64,000 nt of DNA from Vulcanimicrobiota bacterium (GCA_963795855.1 CAWCIZ010000003.1:864001-928000); one strand, 5' to 3'; counted from the stretch's first letter, positions 20,469 through 30,624 are shown. The notes: generated by a model not told the origin, from the letters alone. Program-made: numbers and translations.

Positions 20469-20542
20469 AGTTAAGGTGAAATCCCCCGAAGACCGCTAGT
20501 TCGGGCGAAATTCGCCTAAAAGGTGAGACAACACCGTTCTTG
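20469..20542 (+). repeat. Right arm copy 2 (att-like)
   Basis: AGTTAAGGTGAAAT...CTAAAAGGTGAGACAACACCGTTCTTG. Confidence 0.85.
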
Positions 20543-20727
20543 TGGTTGGCGCGAGTTCGAGGCGAGATGGGGGGCCGTTTTGGCCGGAAATCCACAATTA
20601 TCCATGGCCGAGATTCCGGCCGCGGGCGCTAGCGACGAACGCTTCGCTCATGGTGGTTAGGGTCGTTCCATAAAAACCAGTGCGATTTGGCGCAAACAAT
20701 ACTGCCTCGGCCGGCGTCTTTTAAAGT

Positions 20728-21291
20728 ATGGACGATAGGGCGTCGCTCTGCGACTTAGCGAGAGCGGCTTTAAGCGGAGAGCAACAGGCTTACGAGGCGC
20801 TGGTTCGCGACCTCTGGCCAAACGCATATCGTATCGCATGGTCGATCCTCGGAGACCGTTGCGCGGCTGAAGATGCCGCGCAATCCGCATGCGCCGCAAT
20901 TTGCGCCAAGCTCGGCGACCTTTCCGACGTACGCGCTTTTGTCGGGTGGTCGTATCGGATCATCGTATCGCATGCGCGCGATCATGCGCGCGCCAGATCG
21001 CGCCGTGAGCGGCGAGAAACGATCGGTTACGAAACGGCCGTCGCCGTCGCAACGCACGAAGACCCAACGACGCAGCTCGACCTTGAAGCTGCCATCGGCA
21101 AGTTGCCTGAACCGCTGCGGCTTGCACTTGAACTCCATTATTTCATCGGTCTGACAACGAGCGAGGTTGGCCTCGCACTGGGTGTACCCGCCGCGTCGGT
21201 GCGCTTTCGGTTAATGATTGCGCGCCGTCGTTTGCGTCCGCTCCTCTACGATTTAACGATGCACTCATCGGCACGGGAGACTTTATCATGA
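20728..21291 (+). CDS. ECF RNA polymerase sigma factor
   Basis: AEDAAQ region 2, LPEPLR..EVGLALGVPAASVRFRL region 4; GCAAAC-N17-CGTC just upstream. Confidence 0.9.
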   Translation: MDDRASLCDLARAALSGEQQAYEALVRDLWPNAYRIAWSILGDRCAAEDAAQSACAAICAKLGDLSDVRAFVGWSYRIIVSHARDHARARSRRERRETIGYETAVAVATHEDPTTQLDLEAAIGKLPEPLRLALELHYFIGLTTSEVGLALGVPAASVRFRLMIARRRLRPLLYDLTMHSSARETLS

Positions 21292-21938
21292 ATGTCGATC
21301 AAAAAATCGAAGCTGCGCTGCAACGGCGATTTACGCGCGCCGCCGTTCCACAATGCCCGCAAAGCGCGTGGAGTGCAACGACGTCCGCACCCGTTCGGCA
21401 ACGTCCTCGATCGCGCAGTTTCGCCTACGCATGCGCAGCACTTGTTATTCTTATAAGCGGCGGCGTTGCAGCGCAAGCCTCAGGTGCTTTAGGCGCCGAG
21501 TACGCGCATCTTTTTACTTTCAATGGCTCGTCAAAACCGTTACCGCCGCTCATCCACCGTGCGGATCGGTTCACCATGGCGCAAGCGCAACAGCGCATGC
21601 CGTTTTCTATTGTCACACCGGTTGGATTGCCGCCGGAGACGACATTTCAGTACGCGCACGTAATTAGCGAACACCCCCTTCCGCGCGTTTCGCTGGTTTA
21701 CCAAACGCAGATCGGCCCTCGGTATTATCGTATCATCGTTAACGAGACCACGGAGGCCAGCGGCCCAGCCGTCGCTCACGCTGAGGCAGAATTTAAAGGA
21801 AATGATGGCCGCATGCGTCATGAAACGTGGACGATTCCCATGCGCCGTTGGAAGCATGGAGCAATCTTCATGGAGATGGTGACGCCGGGACTACCTGGGG
21901 CAATAGTCGATCGGATCGTTCGCGAAAACACGCTCTAG
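21288..21938 (+). CDS. Putative single-TM anti-sigma factor
   Basis: ATGA overlap with the sigma gene, one TM helix, PFSIVTPVGLPP. Confidence 0.65.
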   Translation: MNVDQKIEAALQRRFTRAAVPQCPQSAWSATTSAPVRQRPRSRSFAYACAALVILISGGVAAQASGALGAEYAHLFTFNGSSKPLPPLIHRADRFTMAQAQQRMPFSIVTPVGLPPETTFQYAHVISEHPLPRVSLVYQTQIGPRYYRIIVNETTEASGPAVAHAEAEFKGNDGRMRHETWTIPMRRWKHGAIFMEMVTPGLPGAIVDRIVRENTL

Positions 21939-21973
21939 ACACCTCACACGCTAAAGTCGATCGGAGAACCGCG

Positions 21974-23371
21974 TTGTTCGTTTTCTCACTGCTTCTTGCC
22001 GCGGGGGCGCCGCAGCCGGCGCCGGACGCCGGGATCGCCGCTCGCATCGGCGCCGCCGTTACAAAAACGGTCGAAGCGCAGCATCCGGTCGGAGGCGCCG
22101 TCGGCGTAGCGAAAGACGGCAAATTAATCTACGTCGCCGCTTTCGGCGACAGGGACCTGTCAACGCGTGCTCCTGTGGACGCGGCCACACACTTCGAAAT
22201 CGGCTCCGTAACCAAGCAGTTCACCGCGGCTGCCATCCTCCAACTCCAGGAACGCGGGAAACTGAGCATCAACGACAAGCTCTCGGCGTATTTCCCCGCG
22301 TTTCCGCACGCCGCGGAAATCACGCTGCGGGATCTGCTTTATCAAGTCTCCGGTCTACCGGATTACCTTCCGGACAACGATATGGCGAAGTCGTTTCGGA
22401 CACCGGCGACGTTGATTTCGATTGCATCGCTAGCGACGAACCTGCATTTCACTCCCGGGACGAAATGGCAGTACAGTAATACGAACTATTTTCTGCTCGG
22501 CAACGTCGTTGCGAAAGTATCCGGTCACACGTACGAACAGTACGTCCGGGAGAATTTGTTCGGCCCCGCCGGCATGACGCAATCTGCGTTCGTCGAGGAT
22601 GAACCGAACCTTACGGATGTAGCGAAAGCGTATTGGCGCGGTGAGGACGGTAAGAGTAAGCTAACTGAAGCCCCGGAGATTCCCGAATCGTGGGCCGGCG
22701 GCGCAGGCGCGATCGTCTCGACGATCCAGGATCTCGTGAAATGGGATACGGCGCTGACGTCGGGTAAGATCGTGAGCGCGGCGGACTATACGCTCATGTC
22801 CACGCCCGGAAAGTTGAATAACGGCAATCCGACGACGTACGGCATGGGATTGGGCATCGACCCGATCTTTGGGCACAAGCGGGTTTGGCATAACGGCGGT
22901 ACGCTAGGCTCATTTACCATGAACGGCACCTATCCCGACGATCATATCGACATCGTCGTGTTTGAGAATAGTGTGGACAGCGATCCGGCCGGCGTTGAAG
23001 TTGCTGCATTGGGCGCAATCTTCCCGGAAGCTCTGGCTGCATCGAAACGCGCCGCACCGGGCGAAGATCTTTCGTTTCGTCCGCGCATTCTCCACTATCT
23101 CGATGAAACTCTGAAAGGAACCATGCCCGCAAGTGAAATGTCCGCTCAATTTGCGAGTATAGCAACGCGGGATACGCAGCAGCGGTTTGCCGCGATGTTT
23201 GCTCCGTTTGGCAAACCGACGGCGGTTATTTTTCGCGGAAAACGACTCAAAGGCGAGGACACCGCGTATTCGTATCGTGTTGAGTTTGCGAAAAACGCAA
23301 TCATGTTCGTGGTCGTATATAACCCGAAGACCAAACTCGTCGACGGTATTGGACTTCAACCGGCCCCCTAG
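21974..23371 (+). CDS. Serine hydrolase, beta-lactamase/AmpC-like family
   Basis: SVTK, YSN, HNG motifs; TTG start after GGAG. Confidence 0.9.
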   Translation: MFVFSLLLAAGAPQPAPDAGIAARIGAAVTKTVEAQHPVGGAVGVAKDGKLIYVAAFGDRDLSTRAPVDAATHFEIGSVTKQFTAAAILQLQERGKLSINDKLSAYFPAFPHAAEITLRDLLYQVSGLPDYLPDNDMAKSFRTPATLISIASLATNLHFTPGTKWQYSNTNYFLLGNVVAKVSGHTYEQYVRENLFGPAGMTQSAFVEDEPNLTDVAKAYWRGEDGKSKLTEAPEIPESWAGGAGAIVSTIQDLVKWDTALTSGKIVSAADYTLMSTPGKLNNGNPTTYGMGLGIDPIFGHKRVWHNGGTLGSFTMNGTYPDDHIDIVVFENSVDSDPAGVEVAALGAIFPEALAASKRAAPGEDLSFRPRILHYLDETLKGTMPASEMSAQFASIATRDTQQRFAAMFAPFGKPTAVIFRGKRLKGEDTAYSYRVEFAKNAIMFVVVYNPKTKLVDGIGLQPAP

Positions 23372-23822
23372 TGTGCGCACTGCCGCTACTCTATTAACTT
23401 AAGGATAACGCGCTACTACCACGTGGATCCAACGCGACAGTTTTACGGACGCACTTGCATGTGAGCTGTCACTGTGGCGTTGTCGAGGCGACGATGAATC
23501 AACGACGCGGTTGACATCATGTCTAACGCGCCTTGCTCTGCGCTATTGTCCGAGCGCTCGAATTCTTCTCGCGACACGTAGCATAGTCAAAGTGACATTG
23601 CCGGTATCGACCGGTTTTACTCAAGGCACTCGGATCAAATTCAGCGCGGCATGCGATCGCCGCGCGGCCGTATCGCCGACTCTTCGCGCTGGTCTTCGCG
23701 GCTAAGCCGCAAATAACGGATCGGCCCGAAAGCCGGCAAGCCAAGCCGTTCGGGAGTTTGCATCATTTGAAGAGGCCGCGGGCGCAAGAGTTGTACGAGC
23801 GAATGGTACAGAAACCCTCAGC

Positions 23823-24110
23823 ATGAGCAACTACCGAGATGAGTTAGCTGGAGCGGAGCGCCAAGGAAAAGCCGCCCACGATGCGATGGAAGGATGGGTT
23901 AACCGCCCACTGGATGCGCCGGACGTTCCCGGCGAAGTGTTGGAAGGATACGCGCGTGAACTGCGTGAGAGCCGAGAACGCTTGAAACGGCTCATCCGCG
24001 AGCAGGGCGTTCGGGACGACATCGAAGCCGCGCTCAAATCTAATGAACAATATCATCGCTCACTCGGATTGAGCATTCGGGATATCCCGGACCCCGCCGA
24101 CGAGGAATAA
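23823..24110 (+). CDS. Hypothetical protein
   Basis: 95-aa ATG ORF, charged and helical, fills the gap. Confidence 0.5.
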   Translation: MSNYRDELAGAERQGKAAHDAMEGWVNRPLDAPDVPGEVLEGYARELRESRERLKRLIREQGVRDDIEAALKSNEQYHRSLGLSIRDIPDPADEE

Positions 24111-24133
24111 CGTTGGATGGCGGTGCCAGGCGA

Positions 24134-24480
24134 TTATTCGCGCGGATCGTCTGAGACTGTATCCCCTTCGCCGACGAGTGCGTCCAATCGCGCGATGACG
24201 TCGTTTCGAAGTGACGCGACAGCGGCTAACATCGATTCTATCCGGTCGCCTGCGTTGCGTTCGAGCCCGTCAAGCGCCGCACCCACCCCGTACGCTACGC
24301 CTTAAGTGCGTCAATTTCGTCCGGTGCAAAGCGCCTCACCGCTCCTTTTCGCACCGCACACGAGCAAGCCGAGCAGCGACCCACGCCCAAACATCGGGAA
24401 AGCATATTCTCCGGCAAGAGCCGTGTGGTAACGATCCAGTTCCATCGCGTCGTGCCAGGTGCGCATCGCGAGGATTGCGG
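24134..24480 (-). pseudogene. 3' remnant of a TM+GAF-like sensor gene
   Basis: AFPMFGRGSLLGLLVCGAKRSGEA / APDEIDALKGVAYGVGAALD across a frameshift; no N-terminus. Confidence 0.7.
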
Positions 24481-24629
24481 GTCGTGCAGATCGGTTGCGC
24501 CGGTCCCGTTCTCTGGTTATAGCTTGCGCTGCCGCGCGAGGTGAGCCGGCAACGTAAGGCAAGCCGAATACAACCGCGATGCGCTAGAACACTCTAAGTT
24601 TCAGGATCGATCCTCGTTTTAAACTTCCA

Positions 24630-25211
24630 TCAGCATGAAGCGCAGATGACCGAATACACGAGCGGGCGCAGGCTGGAACCGGCAATATTGTGCAACTGTC
24701 CGTTCCCACCATCCTTCCAAAAAGCATATGCTATTTCGTTGAGCCCGTCGCGGTAGCCGACTGACACGCCCGATTTTTCAGCATAGTGGTAAGGGGGCTG
24801 ATTCACCGAAGTCAATGCGTATCTCGACGTGATTCTGCTCCACGATTGCAAAACTCCCGCGGAATTGGAAAACTGCACGTAGCCGGTGAAGAGAACATCG
24901 CTGTCGGTCGGGATGTCTTGTTTGACAAGTTTGCGAGCAAAAACGCAGTCGGTAGCATAGCCGCCTGGAGGCACGAGTTCTCGCAGCGCGCTCGTGCCAG
25001 GCAGGTTCGAACCGCCCCCGCCGGACCACGCGTAGGGCCCGAATATCCTTTGGGCGAGGGCCGGCGCGGACGGCATCACGGCGCATCCCGGCCCGCTCGA
25101 TGCTGTATGTGGACCGGCTTGCGCCTTCGATGGGACTCCCATCGGCGTAAAACAGAGGGCTGCAACGAAAAGCGCAGCCGCAAATTTCAGGAAGACACGC
25201 TTGAGTTTCAT
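24630..25211 (-). CDS. Secreted hypothetical protein
   Basis: Signal peptide, AAGGAG RBS, four Cys in the predicted mature part. Confidence 0.65.
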   Translation of the reverse strand: MKLKRVFLKFAAALFVAALCFTPMGVPSKAQAGPHTASSGPGCAVMPSAPALAQRIFGPYAWSGGGGSNLPGTSALRELVPPGGYATDCVFARKLVKQDIPTDSDVLFTGYVQFSNSAGVLQSWSRITSRYALTSVNQPPYHYAEKSGVSVGYRDGLNEIAYAFWKDGGNGQLHNIAGSSLRPLVYSVICASC

Positions 25212-25440
25212 TGTCGAACTCCTTGTGCACAGATTCTAGGGCTGCAGTGTCCCGACGGCGTCCCGGCGCACATCGAAACAGGCGCAAACGACCTGATCGT
25301 GCCCGAAGTTCTGCCGAGCGCTCGCTCGACGAATGCCTAACGAGGCGCCTGCCGCGCTTAGGGGAATATGACCTGCTCGTGAAAACCGGCATGATAGCCC
25401 TGTGCATCGCGTGCGAACGCTGCTCGGTGGATCGCTCTGC

Positions 25441-25998
25441 ATGACGCCGGAATGGATCAGCGCAATTGCGTCCATCGTGACGATGGTGGTTATCGCTGCA
25501 TCGGCGATAACTGCGCTTATGCAGCTTCGCCATATGCGCGGCAGTAACCAAATTGAACTCATTGCAAATTGGACTGAAGCGATCGAGGGAGAGCAATTCC
25601 AGCGCGCGTTTGCATTTGTAAGCAGGGACCTGACGAGAATTCTCTCCGACGCGGAGGCAGTCCGCAGCCTTTCTTGGAGTCCCGTTCCTCCCGAACTGCA
25701 GCCAGTACGAACCGTAGCAAATCATTTCGAATCGATCGGTTCGTTTGTGCGGCGAGGAATTATCGAAGCGGACGTCGCTTGCGATCTGTGGGCATTAGTC
25801 GTTACGCTTGCGTGGGATGCCTCGGTTCCCGTCGTTACCCACGCGCGCTATATCCTGGCCTCCGATGCGCTTTGGGAAAACTTCGAATACATGGCAGCAA
25901 TTTCCAAGCGATGGATCAATACGCACCCAAATGGCACGTATCCCAACGATCAGCCACGCATGCCCAAGGACGACTCGCTCCTGAAGATACTCGGCTAG
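25441..25998 (+). CDS. DUF4760-like membrane-anchored protein
   Basis: N-terminal TM, VANHFESIGSFVRRGII, LWENFEYMA. Confidence 0.7.
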   Translation: MTPEWISAIASIVTMVVIAASAITALMQLRHMRGSNQIELIANWTEAIEGEQFQRAFAFVSRDLTRILSDAEAVRSLSWSPVPPELQPVRTVANHFESIGSFVRRGIIEADVACDLWALVVTLAWDASVPVVTHARYILASDALWENFEYMAAISKRWINTHPNGTYPNDQPRMPKDDSLLKILG

Positions 25999-26290
25999 CG
26001 TGGGTGAGTGGTCAAGGTGGTCGAACAAAACGGCTGATCGCCTTTGAAGTCGTGCTATTTCGCGGCTTTCCGGCTTTACATGCGCACCGAAGGTACAACG
26101 TGCGCCTGTACTGGAACCCTTCTGGTTGGTGCAGTTGCGATTCGCCGCGGACCGAAAATTTTTGCGCGACTCGTATGAATTTTTGTCGCGCTCCCACAAA
26201 CATGGGATAGAGCTTAGTGAAGTTACGGTCTGGTCGAATCTCAGCGGTAGCGCTGCAACGGTGTGCAGAAGAGGCATCTCGCAGCGGGTT

Positions 26291-26451
26291 TTGCATTCGG
26301 AAGCGGCCCTCTGCTATACTTCGGGCAGAGCGCGATGAGGCGCGACCGGTCCGCGGAAAGGTCAGAAGACCGCTCATCCTTCGTCATCGGCATCACAAAC
26401 GAACTTCTGCCTGCAGATGCGGACGTCAGGCGTACTTCAAAGGAAGTTCGT
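26291..26451 (+). promoter_or_regulatory. Sigma70 promoter plus structured 5' leader of the ankyrin gene
   Basis: TTGCAT-N18-TATACT (extended -10); nested stems overlapping the RBS. Confidence 0.55.
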
Positions 26452-27554
26452 ATGCCTACTCGTCAGCTGCCGATTCGGCCAAACGTAGCACACCTAAAGC
26501 ACCAACTGCAGATTTACTTAGCGGGCAGCGTGCCGGCCTTCGGCATGTCGTGCAGCGTCTTCGCGAGTTTCATCCACGCTTATCCGGTCTTACCGACGCA
26601 CAGATTGCAGCTACGCGGCTGAAATTGAGCGATGCGTATCTCGCAATTGCGCGGGAATACGGTTTTCCGAGTTGGGCAAAGTTGAAAGCATTCGTCGAGG
26701 GCGGCAATCCTGCGATCTTGAAGTTACCGGCACATGAGCGTATCGGCGATCCGGATTTCCGGCAGGCCGTAGATTTCATCGATGCGGGCAATGTGGAGGC
26801 TTTACGCGAGCACATGCAACGGCATCCTAGTCTTGTGCGCCGGCACGCTACGCTTTATGGCGGCAACTACTTTCAGACTCCCACGCTGCTAGAATTCATC
26901 GCAGAAAACCCATCGCGCCGCGGCGTATTGCCCGAAAACATCGTTCCGATCGCTCGCGTCCTTTTAGTTGCGGGAGCCAGCCACGATCGTTCTGCGCTGG
27001 ACCGCGCGCTGGCGCTCGTTGCATCCAGTAGCGTGGCGCGGGCTAACGGCGTGCAACGCGCGCTTATCAACGCCCTATGCGATTACGGGGCTTCACCGGA
27101 TGCCGCGATGCTCGATGCGCTGATGTATGGCGAATTTGACAGCGTCGATGCGCTTCTCGAACGTGGCGCCAAGATGAATCTGATGGCGGCGTCCGCTCTA
27201 GGTCGCGTGGAGAAGATACGCAGTCTGGCGCGAAATGCCGGCGATGACGAGCTGAGGCTAGCCCTTGCGCTTGCAGCGCAGCATGGACGCACGGAGACAG
27301 TGCGAACCCTGCTGGAAGCCGGAGCTGATGCTGCGAGCTTTACGCCTCCTCCCGGACACTCCCACGCGACACCGCTGCATCAAGCCGCTCTCATCGGAAA
27401 TGAAGAAATCGTGAAGTTGCTGTTGGCGCACGGCGCTCGCCCCGAGGTGCGCGATATCCTGTATGACGGCACGCCGGCCGGCTGGGCCCAGCACAACGGA
27501 TTTCGCGACCTAGCTGCATGGCTGCGAAAATCTCCAGCAGCAGACGACAACTGA
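26452..27554 (+). CDS. Ankyrin repeat protein, frameshift near 26505
   Basis: MPTRQLPIRPNVAHLKHQ joined to ADLL..IAREYGFPSWAKLK; TPLHQAALIG, GTPAGWA repeats. Confidence 0.85.
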
Positions 27555-27603
27555 CGGCCGTGGGCGGGCACTGGAAAAACGGCCGTGGGCGGGCACTGGA
27601 AAA
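27554..27603. repeat. Perfect 25-bp tandem duplication
   Basis: ACGGCCGTGGGCGGGCACTGGAAAA x2. Confidence 0.9.
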
Positions 27604-27663
27604 AAGGCCATCTCGGCGAAGGCAATCGGCAGAAGCTCCTTGCGCTAGGAAGGGAGGTCCGAT

Positions 27664-29088
27664 TTGGCCATCCGTTTCACGGCATTTCTTCAGGCTGCAC
27701 TCCTGCTTTCAACCGCGGCGGCGACGCCCCAGGCGCACTACGATGGCGACATTCACAAAATTCGCCACGTCGTCATCATCATGCAAGAGAATCGTTCCTT
27801 CGATAGCTACTTCGGCACGTATCCGGGCGCCGATGGAATCGCGATGCGCAACGGTATTCCAATCGCGTGCATCGCAAACGTTCATGGAAAACCGTGTGTC
27901 CGTCCGTACCACGACCTCAATGACGAGGACACGGGCGGCCCACACTCCGCCAAAGCGGCGGATGCGGACATCGACCGCGGCAAGATGGATGGCTTCATTC
28001 GCGTGATGTACGGTGCGAGAAATACCGGCGGCTGTCCGACGGATATTCCGACCTGCATCGTCAAGGGGCATGAGGGCACCGTAATGGGCTACCATACCGG
28101 GCGTGAATTACCGGCGTATTGGTCATACGCGCGGAATTTCGTGCTGCAGGATCACATGTTCGCACCGATCCGATCTTGGAGCTTGCCCGCGCATCTCTAT
28201 ATGGTTTCCGAATGGGCGGGACGCTGCAAGAAAGCGAACGAAGCAATGAGTTGCGTGCCCGACCGCGCGTACAGAAGTCCGGACGAGCGACCGCGGGACA
28301 TCATTCCGCGCAACTATTGGATTCCCGGACGGCCCTCGTACCCATGGACCGATCTCACGTATCTGCTTCACGCGCACCACGTCTCGTGGGCGTATTACGT
28401 CATGGACGGTTTTGAGCCGGACTGTGAAGCCGATCAGCAGAGTTGTCACCTCAAACCGCAAAGCGCGCGCACCCCGGGAATTTGGAATCCGCTGCCTCAC
28501 TTTACCGACGTCAAGCAAGACGGCCAGCTCGCAAATATCAGAGATACGTCGCAGTTTTTCCGCGATCTCAAGGCCGGATCGCTGCCATCAGTCGTGTGGC
28601 TCACGCCGTCGAATCGCTACAGCGAGCACCCGCCGGGGCTGCTCAGCACCGGGCAGGCCTACGTAGTGGGTCTTATCAACGCCATCGCGCGTAGCAAGTA
28701 CTGGGATTCAACGGCGATTTTCGTGAGCTGGGACGACTGGGGTGGATTTTACGATCATGTCGCTCCGCCGAATGTCAATTTCTTTGGATACGGCTTACGC
28801 GTGCCGGGACTCGTCGTGAGCGCGTACGCGCGAAAGGGATACGTCGATCACCAGACTCTCAGCCATGACGCATACGTCAAGTTTATCGAAGATGACTTCC
28901 TAAGCGGTGCGCGGCTTGATCCGAAAACCGACGGCCGTCCGGATCCGCGAAAGAGCGTTCCCGAGGAGGGCCCCCGACTCGGAGATGTACGTCGCGACTT
29001 TGACTTCACGCAGTCGCCGCGACGACCGCTTATTCTTGCGGGCGGCATCGAGGGGCCTTACAAGCCCGGATACACCGGTGGACCTTAG
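27664..29088 (+). CDS. Phosphoesterase / phospholipase C family protein
   Basis: HVVIIMQENRSFDSYFG, SEHPP, WDDWGGFYDHV, GLRVP. Confidence 0.92.
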   Translation: MAIRFTAFLQAALLLSTAAATPQAHYDGDIHKIRHVVIIMQENRSFDSYFGTYPGADGIAMRNGIPIACIANVHGKPCVRPYHDLNDEDTGGPHSAKAADADIDRGKMDGFIRVMYGARNTGGCPTDIPTCIVKGHEGTVMGYHTGRELPAYWSYARNFVLQDHMFAPIRSWSLPAHLYMVSEWAGRCKKANEAMSCVPDRAYRSPDERPRDIIPRNYWIPGRPSYPWTDLTYLLHAHHVSWAYYVMDGFEPDCEADQQSCHLKPQSARTPGIWNPLPHFTDVKQDGQLANIRDTSQFFRDLKAGSLPSVVWLTPSNRYSEHPPGLLSTGQAYVVGLINAIARSKYWDSTAIFVSWDDWGGFYDHVAPPNVNFFGYGLRVPGLVVSAYARKGYVDHQTLSHDAYVKFIEDDFLSGARLDPKTDGRPDPRKSVPEEGPRLGDVRRDFDFTQSPRRPLILAGGIEGPYKPGYTGGP

Positions 29089-29185
29089 GCAAAGCCCAAT
29101 CGTTCGCCAAAGAAATGCCCTGCATTGCGCGGCGCATTTTCATTTACCGGATTTGTCTCCACGGGATGCCCGGTGCCGCCGCATG

Positions 29186-29500
29186 TTATTTCGACTTACG
29201 TCTATTGAGAACGTATTGCACTGACGGACTGATCGGCTTATCGCTGCGATGAATACAGCCTATCCAACAACAAGGTCTGCGCTTTCCCTCCTTGAGATGC
29301 GTGCGCACTCTCTCGACATGTTCCTCGCGCGTTTCCGCTTTCTTGACCGATATAACCCAGCATATCCACTCATTGCGGGCGAGCGGCGTCAGACTCTGCC
29401 ATGCTCCAAACGCTTCGGAGTCGGCAAGCAGCGCCTTGCGCAGATCGTCCGGTACGTTGTGGACCACGCCGCCGGCGATTTCTTTTTTCGTACTGCTCAT
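29186..29500 (-). CDS. YdeI/OmpD-associated family protein
   Basis: VPDDL..LTPLARNEWICW..KKAETR..GKRRPCCW. Confidence 0.85.
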   Translation of the reverse strand: MSSTKKEIAGGVVHNVPDDLRKALLADSEAFGAWQSLTPLARNEWICWVISVKKAETREEHVERVRTHLKEGKRRPCCWIGCIHRSDKPISPSVQYVLNRRKSK

Positions 29501-29597
29501 TTATGTGACTCCGTTCAGACGCCTTATAACCTAGCCACCCCAACCGTCATCACGGTCTCTTTTCTCATGCCATATTCGTCCGCCTTCGGGAGGAGCC

Positions 29598-30563
29598 TTA
29601 CGTTGTAAAGCGCCGCCGGTATTCGGCGGGAGCGATTCCGTAGCGGCGTTCGAACGCACGCCGGAACGTATCGTCGCTCGTATAGCCGACGGTTTGGGCC
29701 AAATCGTTCATGGGATCCTCGCCGTTGACGAGCAGCCAACGCGCCTCGTCCAAGCGAAGCTCTTCGACAAAGTCTGCGGGCGTCAACCCGAGCGTGGCTT
29801 TGAATTTGCGCGCAAAGTGTCGCGGGCTTAGGTCGACGCGTTCGGCGAGCGAATCGAGTGTGAGATCGCGCTGGAGGTTACCGCGAATCCACGCGGTCAG
29901 ATCGCCAAAGTGCGCCTTCGTCTTCGTTTGCGCAAGAAGCGGCTGTGAGTATTGCAGCTGTCCGCCGGAGCGTTTGAGGTAGACTACGATGTCGCGCGCA
30001 ACCGCCAGTGCGAGCTCGCTGCCGTAGTCTTCCTCGACGAATGACAGCGCCAGATCGATGCCTGCCGTTACTCCCGCGGAGGTATAGAATTTTCCGTCTT
30101 TGACAAAAATCGCATCGGCGTTCACGCTCAGTTTTGGCCAGCGGCGCTGCACCTCAGCCGCATAGCGCCAGTGCGTCGTTACGTTGCGTCCGTCCAGTAA
30201 ACCCGTATCCGCGAGAGCGTAAATTCCGGTACAGACCGATGCAACGCGCCGCGCGCTTCGCGCTTGTTCGCGCAAAAATTTCGTGACCGAGGTTCGTGTC
30301 TTCGGGTGCAAACGCACGCCCTTACCGCCCGGGACGATTATCGTGTCGAACAAACCGCCGTCGGCAAGTGCAGTATCTGCATAGAAGCAGACTCCCGATT
30401 CGCTGGTAATGCGACCGCGGCGCAGCCCTACCACGACGACGTCGTAGGCTGCCGGTTCGCGGGCTAAGAGCTGGTTAGCGCTGGAGAACACGTCCGCCGG
30501 CCCGGCCACATCCAGCGTTTCAACGGCGTCATAAACCAAAATTGCAATTCGTCGCACTTTCAT
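29598..30563 (-). CDS. GlxA-family AraC regulator (DJ-1/PfpI + HTH)
   Basis: SVCTG, TTHW, TSAGVTAGID, LSPRHFARKF. Confidence 0.93.
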   Translation of the reverse strand: MKVRRIAILVYDAVETLDVAGPADVFSSANQLLAREPAAYDVVVVGLRRGRITSESGVCFYADTALADGGLFDTIIVPGGKGVRLHPKTRTSVTKFLREQARSARRVASVCTGIYALADTGLLDGRNVTTHWRYAAEVQRRWPKLSVNADAIFVKDGKFYTSAGVTAGIDLALSFVEEDYGSELALAVARDIVVYLKRSGGQLQYSQPLLAQTKTKAHFGDLTAWIRGNLQRDLTLDSLAERVDLSPRHFARKFKATLGLTPADFVEELRLDEARWLLVNGEDPMNDLAQTVGYTSDDTFRRAFERRYGIAPAEYRRRFTT

Positions 30564-30624
30564 ATCCGCACTGTAACGCCGGATGGCGACGTCCGCAATG
30601 GTCTCGAACCGACCTTTCAGGACG

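Noticed and set aside
16863..20542. Classical integron
   Set aside because: No GTTRRRY/RYYYAAC attC palindromes recognised, and the recombinases do not look like IntI.
23372..23822. Long intergenic gap as a riboswitch or ncRNA
   Set aside because: No recognisable family motif or convincing structure by eye.
26112..26145. Resemblance to the sequence following right arm 2 (TGGTTGG.GC.AGTT)
   Set aside because: Short and gapped; could be chance; no arm motif upstream.
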